Source of the DNA: Candidatus Sumerlaeota bacterium
Lineage (GTDB): Bacteria > Sumerlaeota > Sumerlaeia > Sumerlaeales > Sumerlaeaceae
Length of the DNA: 64,000 nt
NCBI GenBank assembly: GCA_012513815.1
Contig: JAAZBM010000014.1
Coordinates: forward strand, 376,568 to 440,567
Direction of reading: 5' to 3'
Below the pieces are notes generated by a model that made no database searches, was not told where the DNA came from, and worked only from the letters and a program-made list of their open reading frames with translations. Below, one piece after another: positions 60,055 through 64,000 of this stretch. Every line of letters begins with the position of its first letter. The stretch's first letter is position 1. Made by a program: the position numbers and the translations under genes.

Positions 60055-61755
60055 TTGATGGAGTGCCCTTTCTGCCATACCGAGAACCGTGAAGACCGAG
60101 AGACTTGCTACATATGTGGCGGAGATCTCGGTATGCTACGTGTTGTCGCCAACAAGGCACGGCACCACTACAACATTGCTCTGGAACACGCGGAGCGCGG
60201 ACGCACAGAAGATGCCATCGACGAGCTTCACAACGCGCTCGACCTGAACGCCAAACTCATTCCTGCGCATAATCTGCTTGGGACGCTCTTGGCGCGTCAG
60301 GGGAATGTCGAGGAGGCTCGCAAATCGTGGGAAAGCGCGTTGCAAGTCGACCCGAACACGGCAAAATCGTATAACTATCTCAATCGTCTTGAGACAATGC
60401 GCGAATCGCTGCCGATGATTGAACGCCTTCAGCAAGTCTGCTTGGCATTGGTTCTCGTGGTATGCATTCTTGTTGCCGTTCTGTTTTATCTGGGACGCAC
60501 CGACCCCGCTCAACAGCTGATTACGGAAGCGCAAGAGGCCTATGACAAAAAGCAATATGGCGAGGCGCTCGAGTTGCTCAATCAAGCAACGGTCAAACGC
60601 AACAGCTCGGACACTACACAAGTCGCGGCCGATTCGTTGCGCCGAGCCATCACTTCGTCAGTTGATGTTTCGCTCAAACAAATTCGCGATTTCTCTACTC
60701 GCAACGAGTACAACAAAGCAATCGCGGCCATCAGCGAACTGGAAAAAAACGGGCCTGACCAAGCCACGAGTAAGGTGCTCGAGATGCTCCGTACCGAGGT
60801 GCATGACCAGTTCCGTAACTCTATCGCCTCGCTGCAAAACGAGTACGAGGAAGGCAAAGCCGAGTACAGCACTCTCACGAAACGCATTACGGATTTCCTT
60901 GAGTTATATCCCGAGGTGCTAGAAAAGGACAGCCTCCGCCAGGATTTAGCAAAGGCGCGTGACATCGAGGTCAAACGCCGCGTTGATAAGATTCGACAGG
61001 AATTCGACAAGAATAACGGAAACGATGGAGCCGTCGAGAACGCGATTAGCTCGCTGCAATTACTCGGGACGGAGTTCCCCGGTTCTGAAGCTCTCACCCG
61101 CGAACGCAAGCGGTTTGTCGCCGACCTGCTGCTGTTCTGCTATGACCGACTCAACACGGAGATGCAGGAACAACAGTATGATTTGGCGCAGCGACACCTC
61201 ATCGAATTGGCCAATTTCGCCGGAGAATTCCAAGACATTGTCAACTACACGACGATTATCCCGATGCTTGAAGAACGACTCGTACAAGGCATCAAGGACC
61301 AGCAGTTGCTCCTGACGGAACAGTACATCCGCGAAAAAGATTACGACGCCGCGGACGAAGCCTTGCGTGAATTACTCTTGGCGTCTGATTTGCTCACCTC
61401 CGGCGAACTGGCAATTTTGCGCGAGTATGTGGACAGGCTCAATTCGGAAGAATGCGCCGACGAAGTCAAACAGATTGTCGACCAGATGAAGAGCTATCTG
61501 GACTTGACGATTGACGACTCTATCGCTCAGCAAACAGTGAATGACTATCAACACATTTTGGATGTCTCGCCCAAAATGAATTCGACTCAAAAGACGAGAC
61601 TGCTGGCATGCGCCGTGGCTGCGGCGTCGAAACTCGACGACGACACTGAGGCACGTGCCGCTTTTGAAAAGTATCTGCGGGCCGCTCCACAAGCCACTCT
61701 TACGAGAGATTTGAGACGTCTCAACCCCGCATTGAGAAATGTCAGGGGGCAATAA
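60055..61755 (+). CDS. Zinc-ribbon / TPR / single-TM protein, hypothetical
   Basis: N-terminal CPFC...CYIC zinc ribbon, a TPR pair, one TM helix, then a long alpha-helical region. Confidence 0.5.
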   Translation: MMECPFCHTENREDRETCYICGGDLGMLRVVANKARHHYNIALEHAERGRTEDAIDELHNALDLNAKLIPAHNLLGTLLARQGNVEEARKSWESALQVDPNTAKSYNYLNRLETMRESLPMIERLQQVCLALVLVVCILVAVLFYLGRTDPAQQLITEAQEAYDKKQYGEALELLNQATVKRNSSDTTQVAADSLRRAITSSVDVSLKQIRDFSTRNEYNKAIAAISELEKNGPDQATSKVLEMLRTEVHDQFRNSIASLQNEYEEGKAEYSTLTKRITDFLELYPEVLEKDSLRQDLAKARDIEVKRRVDKIRQEFDKNNGNDGAVENAISSLQLLGTEFPGSEALTRERKRFVADLLLFCYDRLNTEMQEQQYDLAQRHLIELANFAGEFQDIVNYTTIIPMLEERLVQGIKDQQLLLTEQYIREKDYDAADEALRELLLASDLLTSGELAILREYVDRLNSEECADEVKQIVDQMKSYLDLTIDDSIAQQTVNDYQHILDVSPKMNSTQKTRLLACAVAAASKLDDDTEARAAFEKYLRAAPQATLTRDLRRLNPALRNVRGQ

Positions 61756-61776
61756 CTTTCGCGAAAGGTTCATTAT

Positions 61777-62205
61777 ATGAAAAAAGTATTTCGTAATCAT
61801 TTCATCGCACTCACATTTATCGCAACGTTCGCGCTCATGCTGACAACCGGATGCAGCATATCAATACTGCGGCCAACGACAGTCCTGACAACATGGGTGA
61901 CGGAGTCTTATCCCAACGCGTCTCAGGAACCCGGCACAGCACGCAAGGAAGCCCAAGAAAAAGCTGCCGAGAAGGCACGTGTCAACCTCATGAATCAGGC
62001 CGGAAACTTGCATGCAGCCAATGGCATGACCGTGAATCAATTGATGACACAGAACACAGCGTTGCGGCAAGAGGTGCTGCAAACAATCCGTGTGAACGCC
62101 GACCAGTATAATCATGTGTCGCCTGAGCAGCAACTGGTGACAGTGCAGCTCACCATTCCCGAAAGTCGCATCATGCGCACGGTCAACAAGAGCATAGGAC
62201 AGTAA
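61777..62205 (+). CDS. Small lipoprotein, hypothetical
   Basis: Signal peptide with lipobox LTTGCS. 142 aa. Confidence 0.45.
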   Translation: MKKVFRNHFIALTFIATFALMLTTGCSISILRPTTVLTTWVTESYPNASQEPGTARKEAQEKAAEKARVNLMNQAGNLHAANGMTVNQLMTQNTALRQEVLQTIRVNADQYNHVSPEQQLVTVQLTIPESRIMRTVNKSIGQ

Positions 62206-62211
62206 CAATAC

Positions 62212-63045
62212 ATGCTCTCATCAACCTGTCAGAATACCATTTTGCTGTGCGGGGATTTGCATTGCGGAAAGGGCTATCGCGCCGAGTGCGCTGATGGTCT
62301 GATTCGCGCATGTGGCAATCTGAGGCCGGACGCAATCGTCATGGCAGGTGACTTAACTTTTCGCGCACGGGCAAATCAATTCGCGATGGGTAAAGAGATT
62401 CTTGAGAAAATGGGCAAGCCGTTGTTGCTCATTCCGGGCAATCATGACATCCCCCTCTACGACCTCGTGACGCGGATGCTCAATCCATTCCGCATATGGA
62501 AGAAAACGTACAAGGCGCTTGGGGCTGTTTCCGAACTGGATATGCCCGCCGTGCAAATCCTCGGATTGCACACCATCAAACCGTTTGTTCATCAAAAGGC
62601 TTTCCTCACCAAAACGCACCGCAAACAAATCACTGACTGGATGCAACGCTGTCGTCAAACATCGTCGGACAATCAGCCGTGGCGCGGCGTCGTTATGCAT
62701 CAGCAGTTGTTCAATCTGAAACATCATTACAGACCCGGCATTATGTTTGAACCGAAGAAAGCCGTAGCATTTTTAGAAAACGCCGGAATTGATTTTGTCC
62801 TTTACGGTCATGTTCATTATCCGATTGTCGCAGACGCCAATGTCTATTTTCCTTTTTTGAAACGCCGCCTAACTCTCATCGGATCCGGGACTGCATCCAA
62901 CAAACGCACACGCGGCCCCAACCCCAACAACACATTCCAGTTGTTGACTTTCTCGCTCAACGAAATCCGCGTGGACACATATGCATGGAACGAGCAAACC
63001 AACGAATTCGCCGCAAACGACACGGTCACGGTGGCAAGAGCATAA
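62212..63045 (+). CDS. Calcineurin-like metallophosphoesterase
   Basis: GDLHCG ... GNHD ... GHVHYP motifs. Confidence 0.7.
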   Translation: MLSSTCQNTILLCGDLHCGKGYRAECADGLIRACGNLRPDAIVMAGDLTFRARANQFAMGKEILEKMGKPLLLIPGNHDIPLYDLVTRMLNPFRIWKKTYKALGAVSELDMPAVQILGLHTIKPFVHQKAFLTKTHRKQITDWMQRCRQTSSDNQPWRGVVMHQQLFNLKHHYRPGIMFEPKKAVAFLENAGIDFVLYGHVHYPIVADANVYFPFLKRRLTLIGSGTASNKRTRGPNPNNTFQLLTFSLNEIRVDTYAWNEQTNEFAANDTVTVARA

Positions 63046-63046
63046 G

Positions 63047-63772
63047 ATGCCAATCCTAACATTTCATCATATCGGGCATTACACCGAGGGAGCGAATCCG
63101 CACGAGCGTGGTAACTGGATTGAACCGGACCTGTTCCGCCAACAATTGCTCTGGCTCAAGGCGCACAACTATCAGTGCATCAAACCGGCTGACCTCCTTG
63201 CGCCACTCACCACAGGCCAAATGAAGACATTGCCCCAGCATTGGGCACTGCTCACTTTTGACGACGGATGGAAGGACAACGCGACTCAGGCATTGCCCAT
63301 TTTGCGCGAGCTCAAAATGCCCGCGACCTTGTTCTTAGCCGTTGGGCGTGTGGGCACAGAACAAATGATGTCGTCAAGTGATGTCGAACAATGGATAGAC
63401 AGCGGATGCAACATCGAGTCACACACATGCACACATCCCCATCTGGATGAGTTGCCCCACGAGAAGGTCATGGAAGAGTTGACACGATCACGCGATGAAC
63501 TCAAGCGATTGTTCGGCGTGGAATCAAAATGGATTTGCTATCCATACGGACACTTCAATCAAGCTATTGTCGATGCGGTCCAAACGGCCGGTTACGACGG
63601 CGCGTTCAGTACAATGCGTGACAACCGCTTTCTCCCACGACAACGCTATTACCTTCCACGGGTGCAGGTAATGAATGATACGCAGCCACAGCGACTTGCC
63701 TACATGGATTCGCTGCTTTATCACTGGCTGCATCGCCGCAAAAATATCAGAAGATACGGAACATTTGCCTGA
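63047..63772 (+). CDS. Polysaccharide deacetylase (CE4 / NodB-like)
   Basis: LLTFDDGWKDN (Asp-Asp metal motif) and downstream His motifs. Starts 1 nt after the upstream stop. Confidence 0.8.
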   Translation: MPILTFHHIGHYTEGANPHERGNWIEPDLFRQQLLWLKAHNYQCIKPADLLAPLTTGQMKTLPQHWALLTFDDGWKDNATQALPILRELKMPATLFLAVGRVGTEQMMSSSDVEQWIDSGCNIESHTCTHPHLDELPHEKVMEELTRSRDELKRLFGVESKWICYPYGHFNQAIVDAVQTAGYDGAFSTMRDNRFLPRQRYYLPRVQVMNDTQPQRLAYMDSLLYHWLHRRKNIRRYGTFA

Positions 63773-64000
63773 TGCGAGTTCTTCATACAGATTTCCTGCA
63801 CGGCTGGGGAGGGCAGCCCTATCGCATTCTACTGGATGCGACGCAATGTGCTGCACTTGGCGCCGAAGTGATGATCGCTGCGCCAACCGACAGCGAGCTT
63901 GGCAAGCGCGCCACCGAACGCGGACTGAATACGGACATGACAATCTCGTACCGTAGCGGCCTGCGGGTGCGGCACTTGCAAGACATTTTGCGTCTGAGGA
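63772..64000 (+). CDS. Glycosyltransferase (GT4-like N-terminal domain), 3'-truncated by window end
   Basis: ATG 63772. MRVLHTDFLHGWGGQPYRILLDA resembles the N-terminus of GT4 enzymes (ILH...GWGG). Runs off the window. Confidence 0.35.
   Translation, partial: MRVLHTDFLHGWGGQPYRILLDATQCAALGAEVMIAAPTDSELGKRATERGLNTDMTISYRSGLRVRHLQDILRLR

Overview
This is a gene-dense bacterial chromosomal segment of about 52% GC, coded on both strands. Most of it is housekeeping: purN, gpsA, plsY, rpoD, hisA, trxA, hisF, lipB, lipA, pyrG, rph, kdsD/kpsF, thiC, thrS, dnaJ, yciH, ftsY, cdsA and a tRNA-Arg(CCG). These are interspersed with envelope and surface loci: a sugar ABC importer, an O-antigen-ligase-like protein, GT4 enzymes, a polysaccharide deacetylase, TPR proteins, and a giant protein of CarboxypepD_reg repeats next to a two-component system. 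The phylum cannot be named with confidence from the sequence alone. Three regions stand out. (1) An accessory-looking minus-strand block at 42.3–53.9 kb lies between an orphan moxR and tRNA-Arg. It holds an AT-rich orphan gene, two paralogous GLUG-repeat proteins (one with three near-identical ~0.9-kb internal tandem modules), and a conserved ~70-nt GC-rich element repeated upstream of all three of these otherwise unrelated genes. It also holds an Amidase_3-like giant secreted protein and a GT39-like membrane glycosyltransferase. (2) A tightly coupled lipoylation module at 15.6–18.9 kb: a stand-alone lipoyl-carrier domain, a catalytically dead dihydrolipoamide-dehydrogenase homologue, lipB and lipA. 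(3) An intrinsic-terminator-like attenuator sits immediately upstream of the thiC ribosome-binding site, with no canonical TPP aptamer visible by eye. All calls rest on motifs read from the six-frame translations; no database search was run.
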